Below, piece after piece: positions 10,696 through 19,673 of a stretch of 64,000 bases of DNA. Made by a program: the position numbers and the translations under genes. The notes beneath the pieces were generated by a model. The model was given only the letters and a program-made list of their open reading frames with translations. It made no database searches and was not told the origin of the DNA. This DNA comes from an uncultured Flavobacteriales bacterium (GTDB lineage Bacteria; Bacteroidota; Bacteroidia; Flavobacteriales; BACL11): contig CALJFR010000003.1 in assembly GCA_938073745.1 (NCBI GenBank), positions 1,049 through 65,048 of the forward strand. The letters run 5' to 3'. The stretch's first letter is position 1, and each line of letters starts with the position of its first letter.

Positions 10696-11145
10696 TTGAA
10701 AAGATTATTATACATTATTACTTGTTTATTTTTGCTTTTTGGCTGTTCAAACAATCAAAAAGAATGTATTGATAATCAAATAAATCCAAACGGAGATAGT
10801 GAACTAGCTATTGTAATGCGTAATCTTTTTGATAATTCTTTTGAGATTAAAAATTTAATCATAGATGCAGATACTTTAAAATCAAATAAATTACCAAGTG
10901 AACTAATTCAAAAATTTAATGACAATTTAAATTTATTACACACAGCTAAACCAACAGATAAAAATTTAAGAGATGATGGTGTTTACCAAGCATTTGCAAA
11001 TGCATATATTAACACTTCAGAAAAATTTACAAATAACATATCTCAAAATAATTTCAATGCAATGGTAAATAACTGTATTCAATGTCATGAGAAATTTTGT
11101 CTTGGTACTATTCAAAAGATAAACAAATTATACATCAGAAAATGA
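10696..11145 (+). CDS. Putative c-type cytochrome lipoprotein (single C-terminal CxxCH)
   Basis: TTG start 3 nt after the previous stop. Lipobox LLFGC. One heme-attachment motif, CIQCH, about 20 residues from the C-terminus. Confidence 0.6.
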   Translation: MKRLLYIITCLFLLFGCSNNQKECIDNQINPNGDSELAIVMRNLFDNSFEIKNLIIDADTLKSNKLPSELIQKFNDNLNLLHTAKPTDKNLRDDGVYQAFANAYINTSEKFTNNISQNNFNAMVNNCIQCHEKFCLGTIQKINKLYIRK

Positions 11146-11798
11146 ACAATAACATTATCCTAACAGATGATGGTTCGAATTCTATTTTTAATTGTAATAT
11201 AAAAGAAAGTTATCATTCTAGATATGGTGCAATAAATGAATCTCAGCATGTATTTATTAACTATGGCTTAAAATTTGTTTCCAAAAAAGAAATTAAAATA
11301 TTTGAAGTTGGATTTGGCACTGGATTAAATGCTTTATTATCTTATATCTATTGTGAAAATCATAAAATAAAAATTGATTACCAAACTATTGAAAAATTTC
11401 CTTTAAAAAAAGCATACTACTCCCCTCTCAATTTTAGTGATCAACTGAAAATTAAAAAAAATATCTTCACAAATCTTCACAGCTCTAAATGGGAGTCAAA
11501 ATTAGAAATAAGTACTTTTTTTTCTATTACTAAATATGCTCAAGATCTGAATGATTTTAAGCATGAATTTTATTACGACCTTGTTTATTTTGATGCATTT
11601 TCTCCTGAAAAACAGCCTGAATTATGGACTGAAAAAAATTTCAAAAAACTATATGACAATTTAAATTACAATGGAATTTTAATTACGTATTGTGCAAAAG
11701 GATTAATCAAAAGAACATTAAAAAAAGTTGGTTTTAAAATTTATTCTTTTCCAGGACCAAAAGGAAAAAGAGAAATAACACAAGCTAGGAAAATATAG
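11142..11798 (+). CDS. mnmD: tRNA (mnm5s2U34)-methyltransferase, MnmC methyltransferase-domain homologue (MnmD-like)
   Basis: SAM-binding motif EVGFGTGLN and the DAFSPEKQPELWT motif typical of the MnmC C5-methyltransferase domain. ATG 11142 forms an ATGA overlap with the upstream stop. The track's 11097 start would add 15 overlapping codons. Confidence 0.7.
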   Translation: MNNNIILTDDGSNSIFNCNIKESYHSRYGAINESQHVFINYGLKFVSKKEIKIFEVGFGTGLNALLSYIYCENHKIKIDYQTIEKFPLKKAYYSPLNFSDQLKIKKNIFTNLHSSKWESKLEISTFFSITKYAQDLNDFKHEFYYDLVYFDAFSPEKQPELWTEKNFKKLYDNLNYNGILITYCAKGLIKRTLKKVGFKIYSFPGPKGKREITQARKI

Positions 11799-11994
11799 CA
11801 TCAAGAAGAGATTTAATTCCTTTGTAAGCACAAAAAAATAAAACTGGCAATAAACAAACTGCTATTATTATTACCGTATAACTATCATGCCTTAAATGAT
11901 TAAATCCTAAAAAAAGCAAATTTGCATCAACTGCTATTATTAGAACAGTTACAGAAAGCCACATTCCTGCTTTTAAAAGTTTTTCTTTATCCAT
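11785..11994 (-). CDS. Small hypothetical two-helix membrane protein
   Basis: 69-aa ORF with two hydrophobic stretches. Its start overlaps the murQ 3' end by 8 nt, and its 3' end overlaps the convergent mnmD by 14 nt. I recognise no homology. Confidence 0.35.
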   Translation of the reverse strand: MDKEKLLKAGMWLSVTVLIIAVDANLLFLGFNHLRHDSYTVIIIAVCLLPVLFFCAYKGIKSLLDAIFS

Positions 11995-12793
11995 TAATTT
12001 TATTTAAAGCATTTCTAACAGAACCATTTTCAATCAATATTTTCTTAGCTACATCAAATGAAAGTGATGTTTTATTCATAATCATTTTAGTTCCTCTTTC
12101 AATTAATTTGGAATTTGACAATTGCATATCAACCATTTTATTTCCAATTATCTTTCCAATCTTAATCATTGATGAAGTAGTAATCATATTTAAAACTAAT
12201 TTCTGAGCTGTTCCAGCTTTCATTCTTGTACTTCCAGTAACAAATTCAGGTCCTACAATAACTTCAATAGGATAATCAGAAAAAGAAGCAACCTTAGAAT
12301 TTGAATTACACACAATACAAGAAGTTGTTATCTGATTTGCTTGACATTTTTTTAATGCTCCAATAACGTATGGGGTTGTACCAGATGCAGCAATACCAAC
12401 AACAACATCCTTGTTAGAAACATTATAACTTACTAAATCTTTCCATCCAAGATCAAAATCATCTTCGGCAAATTCTACTGCCTTTCTGATTGCACCATCA
12501 CCACCTGCTATTAATCCAATAACAAGGTCATGTGAAACACCAAAGGTTGGTGGACATTCAGAAGCATCAAGTATACCTAATCTACCTGAAGTTCCTGCTC
12601 CCAAATAAAATAATCTACCACCATAATTTAATTTCTCAACTACTACATTAACTAAAGTTGATATATTGGGAATTACATTTTTAACAGCATTAGATACTGT
12701 ACTATCCTCTTTATTAATACTAACTAATAACTCATCTGTACTCATTTGCTCTAAGGCATCATAATGAGAATCAGATTCTGTTATTTTACTCAT
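11987..12793 (-). CDS. murQ: N-acetylmuramic acid 6-phosphate etherase (SIS domain)
   Basis: GGRLFYLGAGTSGRLGILDASECPPTFGV is the canonical MurQ/SIS signature. Confidence 0.85.
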   Translation of the reverse strand: MSKITESDSHYDALEQMSTDELLVSINKEDSTVSNAVKNVIPNISTLVNVVVEKLNYGGRLFYLGAGTSGRLGILDASECPPTFGVSHDLVIGLIAGGDGAIRKAVEFAEDDFDLGWKDLVSYNVSNKDVVVGIAASGTTPYVIGALKKCQANQITTSCIVCNSNSKVASFSDYPIEVIVGPEFVTGSTRMKAGTAQKLVLNMITTSSMIKIGKIIGNKMVDMQLSNSKLIERGTKMIMNKTSLSFDVAKKILIENGSVRNALNKING

Positions 12794-12799
12794 TAATAT

Positions 12800-15214
12800 T
12801 TAATAAAGTTCAGGGAATTTTGTTGGATCTACCTCATTCATCATATTGTAAACCTTTTCAAAAACATCTTCAACAGAAGGTTTACTAAAATAATCACCAT
12901 CTTTACCATAAGCACATCTATGTGCTTTTGCTGCTAAAGTTTGAGGTTCACTATCAAGATGGAAGAAACCTTTTTGATCTTCTATTATATTTTGTAAGAT
13001 ATAAGCACTTGCTCCACCTGGAACGTCTTCATCAACAACTAATAATCTATTAGTTTTCTTAAGGCTATCAATCATTGTTTTATTTATATCTAGTGGAACT
13101 AATGTTTGAACATCAATTATTTCAGCACTAATTCCAAATTCTTCTAATTGATCTGCAGCTTCAGTAACAATTCTCCAAGTAGACCCATATGTTACAATAG
13201 TAATATCGTTACCCTCTTTTGTTGTTTCAGGAATTCCTAAAGGTGTTCTAAACTCTCCCATATTTGAAGGAAGTTTTTCTTTAACTCTGTAGCTATTCAA
13301 ACATTCCACAACCATCGCTGGCTCATTTGAGGCCATGAGAGTATTATAAAATCCTGCAGCTTTTGTCATATTCCTTGGGACGCAAATATTTACACCTCTT
13401 GTTCCATGAATAATCATTCCCATTGGAGAGCCAGAGTGCCATATTCCTTCTAATCTATGACCACGAGTTCTGATAATAACGGGTGATATTTGACCACCAT
13501 GAGTTCTATAATGCAATGTTGCAATATCATCAGCCATAGTTTGAAATGCGTAAAGTAAATAATCTAAATATTGCATTTCAGCAATAGGACGTAATCCTCT
13601 TAATGAAAGACCAATCCCCTGTCCAAGTATTGTTGTTTCCCTAATTCCAGTATCACTTACTCTAAGCTCACCATATTTAGCTTGTAACCCCTCAACTCCT
13701 TGATTTACTCCTCCAATTTTCCCAACATCCTCACCAAAAATCATAGCTTCTGGAATATCACTAAACATCTGATCAAAATTATCTCTCAATACAATTCTAC
13801 CGTCAACTTCTTCAGAGCTCTCTGAGTATTGAGGTAAAACTTCTTCAATTTTTCTTGAAGAATAATCAGTTTCGTTATATAAATTAGTATTATATCTAAA
13901 AGAGCTTTCCGATTTGATTTTATTAATAAAATTCACTAAATCAGATTTATTCACCTCATTATTAGGTGCTATTCTAACTAATACCTTTCTAGCAACTGAC
14001 AAAAAATCTCTTCTAAATAGACCAAATGATGCAGATTGTTTTAAATCAGAAATCCATCCATCCAACTCATTGATATTACATTTAGAAGATATGGTATTTA
14101 GAATACTAAAAAGCTCATTAAGCTCGGACTTTAAAGGGTCTTGGTATTCAGCCCATGCCTCTTTTTTTGATTGCTTAACAAATTCTTTTACTTCTTTTCT
14201 TATATTTTCTAATTCTTCCTCAGTAGCTATATTATTTTTTATAATCCAATTTTTAAACTGAACTAAACAATCAAAATCTTTTTCCCATTGGAGTCTCTCT
14301 TTGCTTTTGTATCTTTCATGTGATCCAGATGTTGAGTGGCCTGTTGGTTGAGTCATATCAACTACATGTACAATTGATGGAATATGCTTATCTCTTGCTA
14401 ATTTTTCAGCTTTTTCATAAGTTTCTACTAATGCTGGATAATCCCATCCTTTTACTTTAAAAATTTCAAACCCCTCTCCTTTTTCATCTCTTTGGAATCC
14501 TTTTAAAACTTCTGAAACATCGGATTTAGTCATTTGATATTCATTACCAACAGAAATTCCATAACCATCATCCCAAACTGAGATAATTGCAGGTACTTGT
14601 AAAACTCCAATAGCATTAACTGCTTCAAAGAAGTGGCCTTCAGCGCATGAAGAATTTCCTATAGTTCCAAAAGCAATTTCAGAACCATTATTTGAAAATT
14701 TTTCTGTGTTTTTTAAGTCTTTATTTTCTCTGTAAACTTTTGATGCTTGTGCAAGCCCAACCAATCTAGGAAAATTTGAAGCTAGACATGCCATATCAGA
14801 TGTTGAATTTTTTTGCTTCATTAAGTCTCGCCAAGAACCATCTTCATTTAAGAAACGAGAACCAAAATGATTCATCATTTGTCTTGAGCCCGAACTCGGC
14901 TCAGCAGATAGTTCAGGATTACCGTAAAGATGTGCAAACATTTGTTTTGTTGATAGTTGACCTAAACACATCATCAAAGTTTGATCTCTATAATAACCCG
15001 CTCTAAAATCACCATCCTTAAAAACTTTGGCTAGTGCAATTTGGGCTAATTCTTTTCCATCACCAAAAATTCCAAAACTTCCTTTACCAGACAAGACATC
15101 TCGTCTACCCAACAATGAAGATTCTCGTACTTCATTAATTAATCTAAAATCTGATAAAATAACATTTCTAAAATCATCCTTTGAAAGTTTTTTTTCGCTA
15201 GCTTTTTTACTCAT
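12800..15214 (-). CDS. Fused 2-oxoacid (branched-chain type) dehydrogenase E1 component, alpha+beta subunits in one chain
   Basis: 804 aa. The N-terminal half is E1-alpha (TPP-binding) like. The C-terminal half is E1-beta/transketolase-like (GEDVGKIGGVNQGVEGLQAKYG; TIVTYGSTWRIVTEAADQLEEFGISAEIIDVQTLVPLD). Confidence 0.85.
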   Translation of the reverse strand: MSKKASEKKLSKDDFRNVILSDFRLINEVRESSLLGRRDVLSGKGSFGIFGDGKELAQIALAKVFKDGDFRAGYYRDQTLMMCLGQLSTKQMFAHLYGNPELSAEPSSGSRQMMNHFGSRFLNEDGSWRDLMKQKNSTSDMACLASNFPRLVGLAQASKVYRENKDLKNTEKFSNNGSEIAFGTIGNSSCAEGHFFEAVNAIGVLQVPAIISVWDDGYGISVGNEYQMTKSDVSEVLKGFQRDEKGEGFEIFKVKGWDYPALVETYEKAEKLARDKHIPSIVHVVDMTQPTGHSTSGSHERYKSKERLQWEKDFDCLVQFKNWIIKNNIATEEELENIRKEVKEFVKQSKKEAWAEYQDPLKSELNELFSILNTISSKCNINELDGWISDLKQSASFGLFRRDFLSVARKVLVRIAPNNEVNKSDLVNFINKIKSESSFRYNTNLYNETDYSSRKIEEVLPQYSESSEEVDGRIVLRDNFDQMFSDIPEAMIFGEDVGKIGGVNQGVEGLQAKYGELRVSDTGIRETTILGQGIGLSLRGLRPIAEMQYLDYLLYAFQTMADDIATLHYRTHGGQISPVIIRTRGHRLEGIWHSGSPMGMIIHGTRGVNICVPRNMTKAAGFYNTLMASNEPAMVVECLNSYRVKEKLPSNMGEFRTPLGIPETTKEGNDITIVTYGSTWRIVTEAADQLEEFGISAEIIDVQTLVPLDINKTMIDSLKKTNRLLVVDEDVPGGASAYILQNIIEDQKGFFHLDSEPQTLAAKAHRCAYGKDGDYFSKPSVEDVFEKVYNMMNEVDPTKFPELY

Positions 15215-15248
15215 TATGATATGTTTTTATATTTCTAAAATACGATTG

Positions 15249-15256
15249 CAAAATTA
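15249..15256 (-). promoter_or_regulatory. -7 box TAATTTTG(CA) upstream of E1 gene
   Basis: The reverse complement of caaaatta is TAATTTTG, 34 nt upstream of ATG 15214. Confidence 0.4.
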
Positions 15257-15348
15257 ATTAATATTTATTAAAAATATCCATTTTGGATTTTTTAGAAAAA
15301 CGCATTTAAAATTAGTACTAAAAAATTCTATTTATTAGAAAAGATTAC

Positions 15349-15356
15349 TAATTTTG
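15349..15356 (+). promoter_or_regulatory. -7 box TAATTTTG(CA) upstream of rpsP
   Basis: Exact TAnnTTTG match, 55 nt upstream of ATG 15412. The leader contains small hairpins (CCTCAataaTGAGG and GGTTtaAACC). Confidence 0.45.
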
Positions 15357-15411
15357 CACCCCCTCAATAATGAGGAATAACCACAGAGTTGGTTTAACCA
15401 AATTAAAAAAT

Positions 15412-16011
15412 ATGGCTACAAGAATAAGACTACAAAGACACGGTAAAAAAGGAAAACCAGTATATCATATAGTAATTGCTGATCAAAGATCTCCAAGAGA
15501 CGGAAGATATATTGAAAAAATAGGACTATATAATCCAAATGTAAATCCAGCAGTAATAGATATTAATTTTGATAAATCTGTTGAATGGGTAATGAAAGGA
15601 GCACAACCTTCTGATACAGTTAAGGCAATACTTTCATACAAAGGTGTTTACATGAAAAAACACTTACTTGTTGGAGTAGAAAAAGGAGCATTTGATGAAA
15701 ATGAAGCTCAAAATAGATTCGATAAATGGATTGCTGACAAAGAAGCAAAAATTTCTGATAAGAAATCAAACTTAGATAAAGAAAATCAAGCAGCAAAAAA
15801 AGAAAAACTTGAAGCTGAAAAACTATACAATGAGGAAAAAGCTAAAGCAATAAAAGAAAAATTAAATGCAGAAGCTGCAGCTCAAGCTGCTGAGGAAGCT
15901 CCGGCTGCTGAGGAAGCTCCGGCTACTGAAGAAGCTCCGGCTGCTGAAGAAGCTCCGGCTGCTGAAGAAGCTCCGGCTACTGAAGAAGAAGTTAAGGAAA
16001 CAGACAAATAA
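15412..16011 (+). CDS. rpsP: 30S ribosomal protein S16 with long Lys/Glu/Ala-rich C-terminal extension
   Basis: MATRIRLQRHGKKGKPVYHIV is the conserved S16 N-terminus, and ATG 15412 is preceded by an A-rich tract. The track's upstream in-frame ATG 15370 would add 14 non-conserved residues. Confidence 0.9.
   Translation: MATRIRLQRHGKKGKPVYHIVIADQRSPRDGRYIEKIGLYNPNVNPAVIDINFDKSVEWVMKGAQPSDTVKAILSYKGVYMKKHLLVGVEKGAFDENEAQNRFDKWIADKEAKISDKKSNLDKENQAAKKEKLEAEKLYNEEKAKAIKEKLNAEAAAQAAEEAPAAEEAPATEEAPAAEEAPAAEEAPATEEEVKETDK
15889..15987 (+). repeat. In-frame 18-bp tandem repeat (about 5.5 units) encoding [A/T]EEAPA in the S16 tail
   Basis: GCT GAG/GAA GAA GCT CCG GCT units at 15889, 15907, 15925, 15943 and 15961, plus a partial unit. 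The first codon alternates GCT/ACT. Confidence 0.9.
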
Positions 16012-16035
16012 CTATCTAACTAATTTTATTTTTTC

Positions 16036-16554
16036 ATGGAAAAAAAAGATTGTTTCTTTATTGGATCAATTTTTAAATTACATGGATACAAGGGAAAAAT
16101 TATTTTATTTAATGAAAATGATGTTTCATTAAATTTTGAAGAAACAGAATATCTATTAATCGAAAAAGAAGGGATACTTATACCGTTTTTTGTTGAAAAA
16201 ATAAGCTCTTATAAATCAAATAATTTTCTTATTGAATTCGAAGACATAAAAAATGAGGATGAAGCAAAGAAACTATTAAACTCTAATGTTTTCACTTCCT
16301 ACAAACTAATATATGAAAACACTGAATTTTCATTAGAGAAAAAAATTATAGGCTTTAAGATTATTGATAAACAGTTTGGAGATTTAGGAAACATACAAAC
16401 AATAAATAACCAGAGCTCTCAAGCATTAGTCTTTGTAATAAACAATAACAAAGAGTTTTGTTTTCCTCTAGAAAACCAATTTATTAGTTCAATTGAAATT
16501 GAACAAAAAATTGTTTATACAAAAATTCCAAAAGAAATAATAGATTTAAATTAA
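16036..16554 (+). CDS. rimM: 16S rRNA processing protein RimM
   Basis: 172 aa immediately downstream of rpsP, the conserved rpsP-rimM order. The N-terminus GSIFKLHGYKGKIIL is RimM-like. Confidence 0.8.
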   Translation: MEKKDCFFIGSIFKLHGYKGKIILFNENDVSLNFEETEYLLIEKEGILIPFFVEKISSYKSNNFLIEFEDIKNEDEAKKLLNSNVFTSYKLIYENTEFSLEKKIIGFKIIDKQFGDLGNIQTINNQSSQALVFVINNNKEFCFPLENQFISSIEIEQKIVYTKIPKEIIDLN

Positions 16555-17871
16555 CTCTTCAATAAAATTAATTTTATTTTTTGCCAACTCTTCTAAAATT
16601 GGGTCATAAATCTCTTTTTTAGTAGGAATCTGAACTCCTTTTAGCTTAATAGTACCATTTAAAATTAACTTAACAGAAATTGCAACAGGTAGGCCAACAG
16701 TCTTTGCCATAGCAGTATTTTGTTGATCATCACCAAAAACAACAAGAGATGAATGTAATTTCTTTAATTTACTATCAACTTTATATATAAACTGATGTTG
16801 CATTACAACCATATCTTTATCCTTTGATTCTAAAGATAATTTATCTTCAAGAATTTTCTGAAGAATTTGTGCAGGTGTTGCATTTTTAAGACCAATAATT
16901 TTATCAGTAAATAAATCAAGCCATTTAAACTTTTTAAATTCTTCAGAAACAATGTTTATAGATAAAAATTCACAAAATCTTTCTTCTAAGCTTTTACTTG
17001 ATTTTGGTAATAATAGATCTATAAAATTATAATAGCTTAAATTCTCTGAGTCTTCAATACTGTAAGTATCATTTGTCATACCAAGTTTTATAAAACTATT
17101 CCAAGAAATAGAAAAACCAACTTTTCTAAGAGTTCCTCTATACATCGTATCAATTTTCTCTAAGCCATAAGAAGAAATATAAGAAAGTGAATCTCGATTA
17201 GCGTAAGACTCAAAATCTCCTTGATCAAGAATATTTATTATTTCAGTTTCTTTAAACAAATTATTATATTCAAGTTCACATATTTTCTTTTCATTTAAAA
17301 ATTTTGAAGTACCTTTTCCTGCTAAGACTACGTTTCTAGGATTCCAAGTAAATTTATAATTCCAGGGGTTATTATCAAATTCAGGATGAACTAATCCACC
17401 GCAATATGATTTAAAAGATAATATTTCTGCTCCAGTTTGCTTTAAATTATCAATAATTTTCATGGCAGACATATGGTCAATACCCGGATCTAATCCAACT
17501 TCATTTAAAAAAATTAAATTATTTGATTTAGCAGCACCACTCATTTTTAGAATTTCATCTGAGACATAAGATGCAGTTACCAAGTTCTTTTTTAATAAAA
17601 TACAATCATTAGCAACTAATGCATGTAAACTTGCAGGTAGCATTGAAACAACAATATCAGAATTTTTGATTTCATTTTCTCTTTGTTGTTGATCATTAAC
17701 ATTAAAAAAAATTGGTCTTGAATTAATATGCTCTAAGCATATGTTTTTTGCTAATTCTAGATTATAGTCTGCTACAGTAACTTTCCAATCATTAGACATA
17801 CTTTGATTTAATAAATAACGTATTAAAGTATAAGCAGATCGACCAGCTCCAATAACAAGAATTCTTTTCAT
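16546..17871 (-). CDS. Saccharopine dehydrogenase family oxidoreductase
   Basis: N-terminal Rossmann motif ILVIGAGRSA. Length and overall pattern fit saccharopine dehydrogenase (NADP-binding) proteins. The 3' end overlaps rimM by 9 nt. Confidence 0.75.
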   Translation of the reverse strand: MKRILVIGAGRSAYTLIRYLLNQSMSNDWKVTVADYNLELAKNICLEHINSRPIFFNVNDQQQRENEIKNSDIVVSMLPASLHALVANDCILLKKNLVTASYVSDEILKMSGAAKSNNLIFLNEVGLDPGIDHMSAMKIIDNLKQTGAEILSFKSYCGGLVHPEFDNNPWNYKFTWNPRNVVLAGKGTSKFLNEKKICELEYNNLFKETEIINILDQGDFESYANRDSLSYISSYGLEKIDTMYRGTLRKVGFSISWNSFIKLGMTNDTYSIEDSENLSYYNFIDLLLPKSSKSLEERFCEFLSINIVSEEFKKFKWLDLFTDKIIGLKNATPAQILQKILEDKLSLESKDKDMVVMQHQFIYKVDSKLKKLHSSLVVFGDDQQNTAMAKTVGLPVAISVKLILNGTIKLKGVQIPTKKEIYDPILEELAKNKINFIEELI

Positions 17872-17954
17872 AAAATTTTTGTGGCTAATTTATTGTTTTA
17901 TTAAGTACTACCAAAAAGAATAGATAAACATATGCTTAAATTAATTTTAAAATA

Positions 17955-17962
17955 TAACTTTG
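17955..17962 (+). promoter_or_regulatory. -7 box TAACTTTG upstream of pckA
   Basis: Exact TAnnTTTG match, 22 nt upstream of ATG 17985. Confidence 0.45.
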
Positions 17963-17984
17963 TACGCTCTTAATCAAGAATTTT

Positions 17985-19586
17985 ATGTCTGAGCAAGAAA
18001 AAAAAGTATCACAACAAATAGCATCTGACTTAGGTATTTTGGACGCAATTGTTCACTTTAACCTATCCCCTGATGAGCTTCAAAATCACTGTTTAGATAA
18101 AAAACAAGCAAAATTAACTGCTCAAGGAGCAATTACTATAAATACAGGTAAATTTACTGGAAGATCTCCCCTAGATAGATTTATAGTTAAAGATTCGATA
18201 ACAAAAGAATCTGTTTGGTGGGGTGATATAAACATTCCTTTTAATGAAGATAAATTTGATATTCTTCATAAGAAAATCACAAATTATCTTAGCAATAAAG
18301 AAATTTATGTTAGAGATACTTATGCATGTGCAAATGAAAAATATAGATTAAACATAAGGGTTGTAAATGAATATCCTTGGAGTAACTTATTTGCTTACAA
18401 TATGTTTCTCAGACCATCTAATCATGAATTAGAGAATTTTAAACATGAGTGGCTAATTCTTAATGCTCCTGGTTTTTTTGCTGATTCTGAGATAGATGGA
18501 ACAAGACAAGAAAATTTTGCTATTCTAAGTTTTACAAAAAAGATAATTCTTATTGGTGGTACAGGATATACAGGTGAAATAAAAAAAGGAATATTTTCTG
18601 CATTAAATTTTATCCTTCCTTACGAGAAAAATGTTCTTTCAATGCACTGTAGTGCTAACACTAACAGTAATGGAGATACAGCTGTTTTCTTTGGACTTTC
18701 AGGAACAGGAAAAACTACACTATCGGCTGATCCAAATAGATTACTAATTGGTGATGATGAACATGGCTGGGACAATGATTCAGTTTTTAATTTTGAAGGT
18801 GGTTGTTATGCAAAATGTATAGATCTTTCTTCTGAAAATGAACCAGATATTTATGGAGCTGTTAAAAAAGGGGCTCTACTTGAAAATATAGAGTTTTTCG
18901 AAGGCACCAACAATGTGGATTATTCAAACACAAGTATTACTGAAAATACAAGAGTTTCATATCCAATCCATTTTATAAATAACATCTCAACACCTTCTGT
19001 TGGAAATAGTCCAAATAATATATTTTTCTTAACTGCTGATGCTTTTGGAGTACTACCTCCAATTTCAAAACTAACAGCTGGTCAAGCAATGTATCATTTT
19101 ATATCAGGATATACAGCAAAAGTTGCAGGTACCGAAGCCGGAATTACTGAGCCTCAAACTACATTTTCAGCTTGTTTTGGAGCGCCTTTTATGCCTTTAC
19201 ACCCTACTAAATACGCCGAAATGCTAGGCGAAAAAATGAAAAATTCGAATGTTAATGTTTGGCTAATTAATACTGGGTGGTCAGGCGGAGAATATGGTGT
19301 TGGAAATAGAATATCTCTAAAATTTACTAGAGCAATGATTACAGCTGCATTAAATAATGATTTAGCTGATGTTGATTTTGAATTACATAATATTTTTGGA
19401 CTCAACATGCCAAAAAACTGTCCGGAAGTTCCTAGTCATATATTAAATCCAAAGAATACATGGGAAGATAGTAGTAAATATGACGTCAAAGCAAATGAGT
19501 TAGCAAAAGCATTTAATAAAAACTTCATTCAATTTGCTGATCAAGCAAATAATGAAATTTTAACTGCAGCCCCAAAAGTTATATAA
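17985..19586 (+). CDS. pckA: Phosphoenolpyruvate carboxykinase (ATP)
   Basis: 533 aa. Kinase-1a motif GLSGTGKTTLS, plus IGDDEHGW and other PckA-typical blocks. Confidence 0.95.
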   Translation: MSEQEKKVSQQIASDLGILDAIVHFNLSPDELQNHCLDKKQAKLTAQGAITINTGKFTGRSPLDRFIVKDSITKESVWWGDINIPFNEDKFDILHKKITNYLSNKEIYVRDTYACANEKYRLNIRVVNEYPWSNLFAYNMFLRPSNHELENFKHEWLILNAPGFFADSEIDGTRQENFAILSFTKKIILIGGTGYTGEIKKGIFSALNFILPYEKNVLSMHCSANTNSNGDTAVFFGLSGTGKTTLSADPNRLLIGDDEHGWDNDSVFNFEGGCYAKCIDLSSENEPDIYGAVKKGALLENIEFFEGTNNVDYSNTSITENTRVSYPIHFINNISTPSVGNSPNNIFFLTADAFGVLPPISKLTAGQAMYHFISGYTAKVAGTEAGITEPQTTFSACFGAPFMPLHPTKYAEMLGEKMKNSNVNVWLINTGWSGGEYGVGNRISLKFTRAMITAALNNDLADVDFELHNIFGLNMPKNCPEVPSHILNPKNTWEDSSKYDVKANELAKAFNKNFIQFADQANNEILTAAPKVI

Positions 19587-19673
19587 ATTGTTATTTTCTA
19601 GAAAAATATTTTTTCTAATCAGACACTTTTTCTTCATTAGTTACTCTCAAATATTAGTTTTTAATATTATTTA

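Noticed and set aside
15370-15411. In-frame upstream ATG giving S16 a 14-residue N-terminal extension (MRNNHRVGLTKLKN)
   Set aside because: S16 proteins begin M-x-x-x-I-R-L-x-R-x-G, and ATG 15412 has the A-rich upstream context favoured in this phylum. The extension cannot be excluded as a minor isoform.
15866-16132. ORF encoding LRKLRLLKKLRLLKK repeats
   Set aside because: It is the +1 frame reading of the S16 18-bp tandem repeat and bridges into rimM. It is an artefact of the repeat.
19599-19617. Hairpin TAGAAAAA-tat-TTTTTCTA after pckA as a terminator
   Set aside because: The 8-bp stem is almost entirely A-T (a single G-C pair) and thermodynamically weak, so it cannot be distinguished from chance in this AT-rich DNA.
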